DNA of 32,000 nucleotides. Source: Candidatus Bathyarchaeia archaeon. GTDB lineage: Archaea; Thermoproteota; Bathyarchaeia; TCS64. Below the pieces are notes generated by a model. That model was not told the origin of the DNA and ran no database searches. It saw only the letters and a program-made list of their open reading frames with translations. Of this stretch, positions 24,305-32,000 are shown piece after piece. The translations under genes and the position numbers were made by a program. The stretch spans positions 16,089-48,088 of the forward strand of contig JBEKDF010000007.1 in NCBI GenBank assembly GCA_050014495.1, given 5' to 3'. Every line of letters begins with the position of its first letter. Positions within the stretch are counted from its first letter, which is position 1.

Positions 24305-25210
24305 TTGAAGGTTGTCTTCCTCGGGACAAGCGGGAGCATGCCATCGCCCGAGAGGAATTCGTCGTGTGTCGCCGTGAAGATTGGGAGGGGTGTCATCCTT
24401 CTAGACTGCGGAGAGGGGAGCCAGCGTCAGATGGTCGTCGCACACTTAGGCTTCAGCAGGGTTAAGCAGATATTCATAACTCACCTCCATGGCGACCACG
24501 TCCTTGGGGTCCCCGGCCTGCTTCAGTCGATGAATCTCCAGAGGAGGGAGGAGCACCTCGACATATATGGCCCCAGGGGGACCTACGCCTTCCTGCAGGG
24601 GTTCTCCGATACTCTTGGTGGCCCCGCTTTTCCAATAACCGTCCATGAGATAGTTGAACCCGGGGTAGTGCACGAGGGGCATTCCTATAGTGTTGAGGCC
24701 TGCAGGGGTGATCATAGACTCGAGTCTTGGGTCTACTCCATAATTGAGAAACCGAGGCCTGGCAAGTTTCACCCGGAGAAGGCTCAGACTCTCGGTGTTC
24801 CTAAGGGGGGACTCTGGAAGCGGCTCCAGGACGGGGAGGACGTCGAGGTTGCTGGGAAGATCATTAAGTCGCTGGATGTGGCCGATGCTCCCCGATATGG
24901 GAGGGTCATAGTATACACCGGGGATACGAGGCCGAGTGAGGAGGTTGTGAGGCTTGCCTCTGGTGCGGATCTGTTGATACATGAGGCCACGTTCGCTGAT
25001 GACTTGGTTGAGCGTGCTAAGCTGGATGGGCACTCGACGCCTAGCCAAGCTGCGGGCGTCGCATCGAGGGCGGGGGTAAAGAGACTGATTCTGACGCACA
25101 TCAGTAGCCGATACGGAGACGTCGCTCCTCTGCTTGAGGCGGCGGTGAAGGTATTCCCAGAGACCACTGTGGCGAGCGACTTCCTTGAGGTTGATGTACC
25201 CCGCGCATAA
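24305..25210 (+). CDS. rnz: Ribonuclease Z (tRNA 3' endonuclease)
   Basis: 'KVVFLGTSGSMPSPERNSS', 'LLDCGEGSQRQM' and 'THLHGDH'. The start is TTG 24305; TTG 24296 and TTG 24254 are possible alternatives. Confidence 0.9.
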   Translation: MKVVFLGTSGSMPSPERNSSCVAVKIGRGVILLDCGEGSQRQMVVAHLGFSRVKQIFITHLHGDHVLGVPGLLQSMNLQRREEHLDIYGPRGTYAFLQGFSDTLGGPAFPITVHEIVEPGVVHEGHSYSVEACRGDHRLESWVYSIIEKPRPGKFHPEKAQTLGVPKGGLWKRLQDGEDVEVAGKIIKSLDVADAPRYGRVIVYTGDTRPSEEVVRLASGADLLIHEATFADDLVERAKLDGHSTPSQAAGVASRAGVKRLILTHISSRYGDVAPLLEAAVKVFPETTVASDFLEVDVPRA

Positions 25211-25255
25211 CCCTTTTATTTGTTCCTTCCTTCGGAAACTCGAAGGTTAGTTCTC

Positions 25256-26431
25256 ATGACGCAGCTTAGGGAGGGCATTCACTGGGTTGGTGCCGTGGAT
25301 TGGAGTGCGCGTAACTTCCATGGTTACATCATGCATAGGGGGACCACATACAATTCCTACCTCGTCGTCGATGATAAGGTGGCGCTCATCGACTTCGTGA
25401 AGGCTCCATTCGCTGAGGAGCAGGTGTTGAGGGTCAGTGAGGTCATCGACCCTAAGAAGGTGAACTACATCGTGGCGAATCACGCTGAGCCGGATCACTC
25501 GGGGAGCATCAGGAGGCTCTTGGAGGCTTGCCCGAATGCGGAGCTCGTGGCGACTGAGCGCTGCATCAACATCCTTAGGAAGTATTATGGGGAGGACATC
25601 AAGGCGACGCCCATCGAGAAACTACCGACCATCAAGCTAGGGCGGAGGAGCCTTGCATTCGTGCCCGTCCCGATGGCTCACTGGCCCGACTCTATGGTCA
25701 GCTACATGCCTGAGGAGAAGCTTCTCTTTAGCAACGATGCCTTCGGGCAGCACCTCGCCTCAAGCGGTCGCTTCGACGACGAGGTCGATGAGGCGGAGCT
25801 CATGCAGGAGGCAACTCTCTATTATGCTAACATCCTGATGCCCCTCTGGAGGAGCGTCTCTCAGGCCCTCAAGAAGCTTGAGGGCGTGAAGATTGAGATG
25901 ATTGCTCCGAGCCACGGTGTGGTCTGGAGGAAGGATCCCGGGAAGATTCTGAGCACATATCAAAGGTGGGTCTCGGGGGCGAGTAAGAAACGGGCTGTAG
26001 TAGTCTATGATACGATGTGGGGAAGTACACAGGTCCTCGCGAGGGCGATAGCTGATGGTGTAGCATCGAAGGGGGTGGAGGTTAGGGTTCATTGCCTTGG
26101 GGCAAGCGTGAATAGTGACGTCATCGCGGACATCCTCGAGGCGAAGGCCATTGTAGTTGGCTCCCCGACGCTAAACAATTACGTCTTCCCAACCGTCGCA
26201 TCTTTCCTCGCCTACATGCGTGGGTTGAAACCGGCTAACAAGATCGGGGCAGCCTTCGGGAGTTACGGGTGGGCTGGTGGTGCGAAGAAGGTTGTGGAGA
26301 CCGAGATGCAGGCGACTGGGATCCAGATGGTTGAGAGTGGCATAGACTTCATCTTCAGGCCGAATGGAGATGAGACAAAGCGTGCGTATGCCTTCGGTCA
26401 GGTTATTGGTGATAAGATCTTAGGGAGTTGA
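25256..26431 (+). CDS. fprA: Flavodiiron protein (FprA / A-type flavoprotein: metallo-beta-lactamase-like plus flavodoxin domains)
   Basis: 'IHWVGAVDWSARNFHGY...GTTYNSYLVVDDKVALIDFV', 'NHAEPDHSG', and the flavodoxin-like 'AVVVYDTMWGSTQ'. I chose the ATG at 25256. Confidence 0.85.
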   Translation: MTQLREGIHWVGAVDWSARNFHGYIMHRGTTYNSYLVVDDKVALIDFVKAPFAEEQVLRVSEVIDPKKVNYIVANHAEPDHSGSIRRLLEACPNAELVATERCINILRKYYGEDIKATPIEKLPTIKLGRRSLAFVPVPMAHWPDSMVSYMPEEKLLFSNDAFGQHLASSGRFDDEVDEAELMQEATLYYANILMPLWRSVSQALKKLEGVKIEMIAPSHGVVWRKDPGKILSTYQRWVSGASKKRAVVVYDTMWGSTQVLARAIADGVASKGVEVRVHCLGASVNSDVIADILEAKAIVVGSPTLNNYVFPTVASFLAYMRGLKPANKIGAAFGSYGWAGGAKKVVETEMQATGIQMVESGIDFIFRPNGDETKRAYAFGQVIGDKILGS

Positions 26432-26439
26432 TTACAAAG

Positions 26440-27357
26440 ATGTCATACTGTGAGAAGTGCGGCAAAAAGCTAGAGGAAGACGCACGTTACTGCTCCTACT
26501 GTGGAGCCCCAACAGGTGAAGCCCCGCTTCCCGAACAGGTAGCAACAGGGGAAGCTCAGCCTCCCGAACAGCTCCCAATCGTAGAGGCGCCCAAGCCATC
26601 TAAAAGCACACGAATCGCACTCGTACTGATTTTTCTGATCGCCATCGCCGCGGGCACGTTCATTGTATATCAATATCGCCCACATATGTTTACACCTCAA
26701 CCAACTCAGACAGTGATGGGTGTAGATTGGTCGGGGTACTCAGTTGCCTCGTCACTAAAGAACCCTCAAGCCATAGTGACGGGGGTTTCGGGATCATGGG
26801 TTGTCCCAAGCCTCACAGTCACCCCCGGGTCCTCGTACTCAGCATCATGGATCGGTATAGGTGGCCAATTCGATCAATCACTCATCCAGACAGGAACTGA
26901 ATACGACGTTACAAACGGCAAGGCAGCCTACTCCACATGGTTTGAGTTATTGCCAGCTAATCCGGTATATCTCACAATGAGCGTCTCACCGGGAGACACG
27001 ATGACGGCCTCAATAAAACTCCAGGACGCACCAACTAGTACATGGTCGATCAGTCTCCAGGATACCACGAATGGGCAATCCTATCAGACAAGTGTACAGT
27101 ACATCTCCTCGATGAATAGTGCGGAATGGATAGTTGAGCGGCCATCAATTGGAAGACGCATAGGCCAGCTATCCGACTTCGGATCGGTTACATTTACGAA
27201 CTGTAATGTGATTATCGGAAGTAAGACAGGCAGCTTACTCGATTTTCCTTCGAGCGATTTCATCATGAATGGTCGCCAGAACAATCCACTCGTGACCGTC
27301 TCGACACCATCTACTGATGGGTCATCTTTCACCGTCACCTTCGATGCAGCAAGCTGA
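26440..27357 (+). CDS. Zinc-ribbon / single TM / peptidase G1 (eqolisin, glutamic peptidase)-like fusion protein
   Basis: 'YCEKCGKKLEEDARYCSYCG' is a zinc ribbon and 'IALVLIFLIAIAAGTFIVY' a TM helix. G1 blocks follow: 'VDWSGY', 'SASWIGIGG', 'LIQTG' (catalytic Gln), 'YSTWFELLP' (catalytic Glu) and 'AEWIVER'. Confidence 0.7.
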   Translation: MSYCEKCGKKLEEDARYCSYCGAPTGEAPLPEQVATGEAQPPEQLPIVEAPKPSKSTRIALVLIFLIAIAAGTFIVYQYRPHMFTPQPTQTVMGVDWSGYSVASSLKNPQAIVTGVSGSWVVPSLTVTPGSSYSASWIGIGGQFDQSLIQTGTEYDVTNGKAAYSTWFELLPANPVYLTMSVSPGDTMTASIKLQDAPTSTWSISLQDTTNGQSYQTSVQYISSMNSAEWIVERPSIGRRIGQLSDFGSVTFTNCNVIIGSKTGSLLDFPSSDFIMNGRQNNPLVTVSTPSTDGSSFTVTFDAAS

Positions 27358-27442
27358 CTCTAGTATTCACTCGAGTACCAGTATATTGTTTAGGTCATTT
27401 TGGTCTGTGAGTGCGAGTGCTGAACCTTTTATGCGGTGCATG

Positions 27443-27856
27443 TCAAGTTTGGTCGGATTCAAAAAGTTCTATTAACTCTCCGTCAGGGCCCCTGAAGAAT
27501 GCGATACGGATCTGCATCGGTGGATCACTGGATAATGTGACATCTCTGGGCTCAACAGTGACTTCAGCTCCTGCATTTCTCGCAAGTTCGATAGCTGATT
27601 TACAGTCATCTACCCTCAAAGCTAGATGACGAAAAACACCCTCCGTGTATGATTGAATGGAGTCTCTTTGAGAGATTTCGAAGTAGTTTCCATCACCCGT
27701 ATCCATGAGGAGGGTCCTTTTTGGTTCCTTACCCCATGAGAATCGTTCTGTAAAGCCAAGTCTCTCGTAGAACTTTCTTGATTTATCCAATTCCTTTACA
27801 CTCAGGGAGGCGTGATGAAAACCACAACCCTTGATCTTTCTATTTATGCCAGACAT
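27443..27856 (-). CDS. VOC/glyoxalase I family protein
   Basis: 'GFHHASLSVKELDKSRKFYERLGF' and 'FRHLALRVDD...FFRGPDGELIEL' give a typical paired beta-alpha-beta-beta-beta module. Confidence 0.8.
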   Translation of the reverse strand: MSGINRKIKGCGFHHASLSVKELDKSRKFYERLGFTERFSWGKEPKRTLLMDTGDGNYFEISQRDSIQSYTEGVFRHLALRVDDCKSAIELARNAGAEVTVEPRDVTLSSDPPMQIRIAFFRGPDGELIELFESDQT

Positions 27857-27908
27857 CTACTCTCTTCAATGATATTCGTGGAATTATTAAAAATATGCAT
27901 ACATGTTA

Positions 27909-27916
27909 CGCGCGCA
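27909..27916 (-). promoter_or_regulatory. CG box (minus strand TGCGCGCG) upstream of the VOC/glyoxalase gene
   Basis: It lies 52 nt upstream of the ATG at 27856, with the A/T box (about 27884-27894) in between. Confidence 0.5.
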
Positions 27917-28142
27917 CACCTCGGGATCACTTGCGAATGCGTGTACTCCTTCATAGTCTTCAAGAGTAAACTCTCTGAGCGTGAGCCGGCTTGTTTGAAT
28001 TTGCACCATCTAAGGTCTCCGATTCAGGTTAAGGCAGTGATTTTAAATGTATTTCACGCTTGTGTAGGATTTATTTTATTCACACTCAGTGTTTGTGATT
28101 ACTACAAACAACACAAATTCCTGAAAAGCAATAACTCTAGCA

Positions 28143-28991
28143 ATGATACTTATCACTGGCGGCGCAGGGCGTTTAGGATTTGAGGTTGTAAAACTGCTTG
28201 TTGCACAAGGTGAAAAAGTTCGAGTATTTGATCTTCCCAACATCAACTGGTCACACCTTGAGGCACTAAGCAGTGTAACTACATTCAAGGGTGACATAAC
28301 CAACTCTGATCATGTTCATCACGCATGCGAGGGTGCTAGGGGGGTCATACATTTGGCAGCCCTTATGCCGCCTAGAAGCGAAGCCGATGAAAGTCTTACG
28401 CATATGGTAAATGTAGTCGGCACCATTAACCTGCTTAAAAATATTGAGAAGGGGACTCCGGTAGTATTCTCCTCCTCAATCTCCGTTTATGGTGTAACCC
28501 CAGGGGAAAGGAAGCCAATCGATGAACTTCATAGTCTTACTCCCCATGATAGCTATTCGAAAACGAAGATCCTCGGGGAAAAGATCGTCTCTAAATCTGG
28601 TAATCCGTATACGATTTTGAGAATATCACCAATAGCGGTTGCGGACCTAGTGGAGCTACCAAGCATCATACCCTATAGGGCGGATCAGAGAGTGGAGTTC
28701 ATCTTTGTAGAGGACGCTGCTCGAGCAATAGTTGGAGCCTTACAGCTGGTTGGTGAGAAGGAGACCTTCAATGTGGCTGGGGGGGATTCCTGGCAGATGC
28801 TTGGACATCAATATATAGAGGGTTTCTATGAAGCGCTTGGAGTGGAAGTTGACCCCAAATATTCCGAAGAATTCACGGCGGTTCACTGGTATGATACTAG
28901 TAAAGGCAGACGCATCAAATACCAAAGCACATCGTTTGAATTGTTTGAGGAAAGATTGAAGGCAATAGGGGATGAATACGGGTTAAGGTGA
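28143..28991 (+). CDS. NAD-dependent epimerase/dehydratase (extended SDR)
   Basis: 'MILITGGAGRLGFEVVKLL' (Rossmann GxxGxxG) and the catalytic 'YSKTK' (YxxxK). Confidence 0.85.
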   Translation: MILITGGAGRLGFEVVKLLVAQGEKVRVFDLPNINWSHLEALSSVTTFKGDITNSDHVHHACEGARGVIHLAALMPPRSEADESLTHMVNVVGTINLLKNIEKGTPVVFSSSISVYGVTPGERKPIDELHSLTPHDSYSKTKILGEKIVSKSGNPYTILRISPIAVADLVELPSIIPYRADQRVEFIFVEDAARAIVGALQLVGEKETFNVAGGDSWQMLGHQYIEGFYEALGVEVDPKYSEEFTAVHWYDTSKGRRIKYQSTSFELFEERLKAIGDEYGLR

Positions 28992-28995
28992 TGCC

Positions 28996-29313
28996 ATGAG
29001 CGCGAGGCTTCCAGTGATTAAGGAGAAGTTAGCGAGCATAAGATCCAAACTCAATGTTGACTACACTACGGGTTACCGGCTTCGACTCGATAAGGTATCG
29101 AATATCGTTGTGGAAAACGAGTCGAAGATTTGGCTAAGGACAAGGGTAGGTGAGCCTATGTTGAAGGAACTTCAGGATTCGATCGAGAAAGCGTACGATA
29201 TTCTCGACGGCGAGGGAGTGCCAGTGGGATTTGAGATGTTGCTAAGGGATATTGAAGCGAAGGCATCAAAGATAGACGAGGAGAGCCGTCGACGCGACAT
29301 GGTTGTAACGTAG
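28996..29313 (+). CDS. Hypothetical 105-aa protein
   Basis: It starts 4 nt after the SDR stop, so it is a likely operon partner. I recognise no motif. Confidence 0.4.
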   Translation: MSARLPVIKEKLASIRSKLNVDYTTGYRLRLDKVSNIVVENESKIWLRTRVGEPMLKELQDSIEKAYDILDGEGVPVGFEMLLRDIEAKASKIDEESRRRDMVVT

Positions 29314-29443
29314 CTGAGAGCGAAATCATGCTCGGTTTCGAGCAGATAGTAGGTCCGACTGGCTTGACGCGTGCGTACAGTGGCGAAGCTAACAACATAC
29401 TTCGAATCAATAATGACACGCTTCTAGATTCTCCCTCGGCCCA

Positions 29444-29450
29444 TTTTTTT
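29444..29450 (+). terminator. Oligo-T (T7) candidate terminator after the SDR/105-aa operon
   Basis: There are seven consecutive T, about 130 nt after the stop at 29313 and upstream of the DUF362 promoter. Confidence 0.35.
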
Positions 29451-29538
29451 ATCATTCGAGTGAGGTTCCAGTTTTTACTTAGTTGTGTTTTAAATATCAT
29501 TGAAGCCGACTCATAATCGATGCTTCTGGTGGCTAAAG

Positions 29539-30876
29539 ATGAAAAGTAAAGTTTACTTCATGGATGACCGCTACAAGGGGCTGTCATCAAGTATCCCCGC
29601 GAAGGCGATGCAGTTGTTCGACCACGCAGGTCTCGGGGATTGCTTCAAACCCGGGGAGTCGGTGGCGATAAAGTGTCACATGGGGGAGTGGTTCAACACT
29701 GGATACCTTCGACCCATACTGATCAGGGTGATCGTTGACAAGGTGAAGGAGCTTGGTGGCAGACCTTTCGTAACCGACACAACGACAGCACCATACTACT
29801 TTTATGGAGCCCGTTGCACAGCCGACCTCTACCTCGAGACCGCCGCACGTAACGGGTTCACTGCTGAGACGATGGGGTGCCCAATTGTGATAAGCGATGG
29901 TATGTATGGGACAGACGATGTCAAGATCGATTTACCCGATGGTCTGCTACTTAAGGAGGGGTATCTCGCTAGGGGGATCGCGGACGCAGACTCCGTCATA
30001 GTGGTTAGCCACTTCAAGGGTCACGGAAACGGCGTTTATGGAGGCAGCATTAAGAATGTTGCGATAGGATGCAGTTCGAAGAGGGGCAAGTTCAACATCC
30101 ACCTGTGTACACACCAGTCTGTGGGTTGGAACAAGTGGAGTTTTAACGGGGAGAACTGCATTGGTGAGGAATGCCCGAGTCATGTTGTATGTGATAACCT
30201 GTGCCCGGTAGGCGCACTCAAGATTGAGAAGGATAGGGCGGTCTACGATGGATCCAAGTGTATCGGATGCTTTGGCCACCAGAGGCCATTTTTCAGATGT
30301 GATCTTTGGGGTAGGGAAAAGTACGCAGATTGGAGCAACTGGTTCCTGGTAGCGATGGCCGATGCAGCTGCCGGATATCTACGTCACATTGGGAGGGATA
30401 GCGTCGGTTACCTCACCTACGCTCTCGATTTAACCCCAGCTTGTGACTGTGTCCCAGGCACTGATAGGGTGGTTTTACCAAACCTCGGGGTCTTCGCCTC
30501 TCGGGATATGGTGGCGATCGATGTTGCGGCTCTTGATATGTCAGTACAGGCACGTGGAATCCCTGGCTCGGTCGCTGAGGAGAAGGGTGTGATGGAGCCC
30601 GGTCAGGAGAAGTTCACGGTAATAAACGGGATGAGTCAGTGGATTACTCCGAACGCATGCAGCTTACTTGGCGTCGGCTCGAAGGACTATGAGCTGGTTG
30701 TGCCTCCCACTTCCGATGACGAGTCAGCCTTCAGTCACCCCCTTCTCAAGCCTGAACACCCTTCAGGTCGATGGCTAGGCGAGGCCATGACCCGCTTCGG
30801 GGGATGGACCCCTTCGGGGGGTTTCAAATACAATGATGTCTTGAAGGTATCCATTGAGGAGCTCAGTAAGAGGTAA
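29539..30876 (+). CDS. DUF362 domain protein with an inserted 4Fe-4S ferredoxin-type domain
   Basis: 'KVYFMDDRY...GESVAIKCHMGE...GGRPFVTDTTT' is the DUF362 N-terminus. The Cys clusters are 'CIGEECPSHVVCDNLCPVGA' and 'CIGCFG'. The ATG at 29539 lies about 40 nt downstream of the A/T box 'ttttaaatatcatt'. Confidence 0.7.
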   Translation: MKSKVYFMDDRYKGLSSSIPAKAMQLFDHAGLGDCFKPGESVAIKCHMGEWFNTGYLRPILIRVIVDKVKELGGRPFVTDTTTAPYYFYGARCTADLYLETAARNGFTAETMGCPIVISDGMYGTDDVKIDLPDGLLLKEGYLARGIADADSVIVVSHFKGHGNGVYGGSIKNVAIGCSSKRGKFNIHLCTHQSVGWNKWSFNGENCIGEECPSHVVCDNLCPVGALKIEKDRAVYDGSKCIGCFGHQRPFFRCDLWGREKYADWSNWFLVAMADAAAGYLRHIGRDSVGYLTYALDLTPACDCVPGTDRVVLPNLGVFASRDMVAIDVAALDMSVQARGIPGSVAEEKGVMEPGQEKFTVINGMSQWITPNACSLLGVGSKDYELVVPPTSDDESAFSHPLLKPEHPSGRWLGEAMTRFGGWTPSGGFKYNDVLKVSIEELSKR

Positions 30877-30941
30877 TTTGTTGAGACTTAGTGGGCAAAA
30901 ATTAATAATTAAGGTGTTATCCATTTTAGAAATGATTTAGG

Positions 30942-32000
30942 TTAAAAGTTTGCACGCCTGAGAACCTTTCCACCCAGAGCTCCGCTGTGTTTATTCTCGT
31001 CTACGACCACTGCCCCATTGACCAGAACCTTGCTGATCCCACTCGGGTAAGCCCTCGGCTTCTGCCAGGTGGAGTTGTCCCTGATCTTATCCAGGCTCCA
31101 TACCATTATGTCAGCCCACATCCCCGGCCTGATGAGGCCCCTATCCATGAGTCGCATTCTCTGAGCTGGTAAACCAGTACACTTCCTCACGGCTTCCTCT
31201 AATCCGAGGGCGTGCTTCTCAGCCACCCATTTGTTGAAGAAGTAGGGGAACTGTCCGAAGGCTCTCGTGGTCTCCTCACCAACAGGTAAATCGGAGAGGG
31301 GGCCCTCGAGGGAGTTGTTGGATGAATCTATGGCTATTGAGCTGAGGGGATGTAGTAGGCTGAACTCCGTGTCCCAGAGGCTCGTTATCCCGACTGCACC
31401 CCAAACCCGGTTGAGCCCATCCCCCTCCGCCGCCAATATGTCGATCAAGGTATCGAATGGATCCTTCCTGGCGAGTTTACCTATCTCTCTCATATTCAAT
31501 CCGTTGTACTGTGGGCTCTTCTCGCAGTGTGCTAGCAGGACTCTATCCCAGGAGTCGAAGAGCCCACGCTTCGCAGCCAGTATCGGGCCATACTGTCTGT
31601 TATGCAGGTCGGTTCTCAGATACTCAACCACCTCTGGGTTCCTAAGCATCTCGGCGGTGATTATCTTCCCCTTTAGAGTGTATCTCGACCCCGAGGTAAT
31701 TGGGTCGATCATTTGGCAGCCGCACCATCCTACGCCTTCCTCATCCATCGTCCAGGGGACTTGGTTGATGCCTATGTCGACTCCCCTATGTCTTGCAGCC
31801 ACGACCATGTCCACGATGAGTTTGGTTTTGCCATCTGATGGGAACCTAGCGCCCCAGTGCACCCCCTCCACCGAGGCCCCTGACCTCTCGCCGATCTCAA
31901 TTGCCTCACGAGCCGCGGCCTCCACCTGCTCATCCCTGCTCCGGATGTGTGTGACGTAGAATCCCCCTTTCTCAGCTACGACTTTGCTTAGCTCGATGAG
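30942..32000 (-). CDS. N-acyl-D-amino-acid deacylase (D-aminoacylase) family amidohydrolase, C-terminal part (5' end outside window)
   Basis: The frame stays open to base 32000 (LIELSKVVAEKGGFYVTHIRSRDEQVEAAAREAIEIGE...). The C-terminal 'VLVNGAVVVDENKHSGALGGKVLRR' is typical of the family. Confidence 0.7.
   Translation of the reverse strand, partial: LIELSKVVAEKGGFYVTHIRSRDEQVEAAAREAIEIGERSGASVEGVHWGARFPSDGKTKLIVDMVVAARHRGVDIGINQVPWTMDEEGVGWCGCQMIDPITSGSRYTLKGKIITAEMLRNPEVVEYLRTDLHNRQYGPILAAKRGLFDSWDRVLLAHCEKSPQYNGLNMREIGKLARKDPFDTLIDILAAEGDGLNRVWGAVGITSLWDTEFSLLHPLSSIAIDSSNNSLEGPLSDLPVGEETTRAFGQFPYFFNKWVAEKHALGLEEAVRKCTGLPAQRMRLMDRGLIRPGMWADIMVWSLDKIRDNSTWQKPRAYPSGISKVLVNGAVVVDENKHSGALGGKVLRRANF

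Noticed and set aside
24446-25099. 217-aa minus-strand ORF, plus the 127-aa ORF at 24784..25167, inside the RNase Z gene
   Set aside because: They are fully antisense to a CDS with strong rnz motifs. Their sequence is Arg/Pro/Ser/Leu-rich, as expected for a shadow frame of a GC-rich gene.
31267-31959. 230-aa plus-strand ORF opposite the D-aminoacylase gene
   Set aside because: This is a shadow ORF. It is low-complexity and Ser/Pro/Leu-rich, whereas the minus-strand frame carries the recognisable amidohydrolase sequence and stays open to the window edge.
1-32000. Search for tRNA/rRNA genes, CRISPR repeats, IS elements/transposases, integrases, toxin-antitoxin pairs and known defence-system genes
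   Set aside because: I found no T-loop-like GGTTCGAATCC elements, no regularly spaced direct repeats, no terminal inverted repeats flanking a transposase-like ORF, and no nuclease, helicase or ATPase genes typical of defence systems. The AbrB-like gene at 5963..6247 has no adjacent toxin partner.

Overview
The window reads as a chromosomal segment of a probably anaerobic archaeon. This is an inference from A/T boxes about 25-40 nt upstream of many start codons, an AN1-finger/M50 protease fusion, an archaeal-type prs, and DUF3795/DUF3786/DUF362/V4R-type genes. I support about 36 protein-coding genes. I saw no rRNA, tRNA, CRISPR array, transposase or integrase. All family calls come from motifs I recognise by eye, not from searches.

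Layout:
- 1-12 kb: transport, cofactor and housekeeping genes. These are an MFS fragment, Mop/TOBE, YwbE, DUF3795, 2-oxoacid dehydrogenase E1 alpha/beta, AN1-M50 protease, prs, an AbrB-like regulator, an MgtA-type P-type ATPase, an anSME-type radical SAM/SPASM maturase, dienelactone hydrolase, and rhodanese plus an ICMT-family methyltransferase.
- About 12.7-20.3 kb: a visibly more AT-rich block of poorly characterised genes in separate transcription units. It holds two paralogous small V4R/ATC-hydrolase-like proteins, a 417-aa membrane-anchored helical protein, a PhnA-type phosphonoacetate hydrolase homologue, a DUF3786-like protein with a cysteine-free 432-aa orphan, and a cupin. An MFS anion transporter follows.
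- 22.9-27.4 kb: a tightly packed redox cluster (thioredoxin, trxB, RNase Z, flavodiiron protein) ending in a zinc-ribbon/TM/G1 glutamic-peptidase fusion.
- 27.4-32 kb: VOC/glyoxalase, SDR epimerase, DUF362-ferredoxin, and a partial D-aminoacylase.

The most unusual signals are these:
- A short alternating-CG box (CGCGCGCA and close variants) recurs in AT-rich spacers, often about 50 nt upstream of start codons.
- The two V4R-like paralogues flank the AT-rich block.
- Two operons have no function I can assign (V4R-like + 417 aa; DUF3786-like + 432 aa).
- Promoter-like modules point antisense into two gene 3' ends.

None of this matches a known defence or mobile system. The proposed regulon or island is a hypothesis that needs genome-wide and experimental checks.
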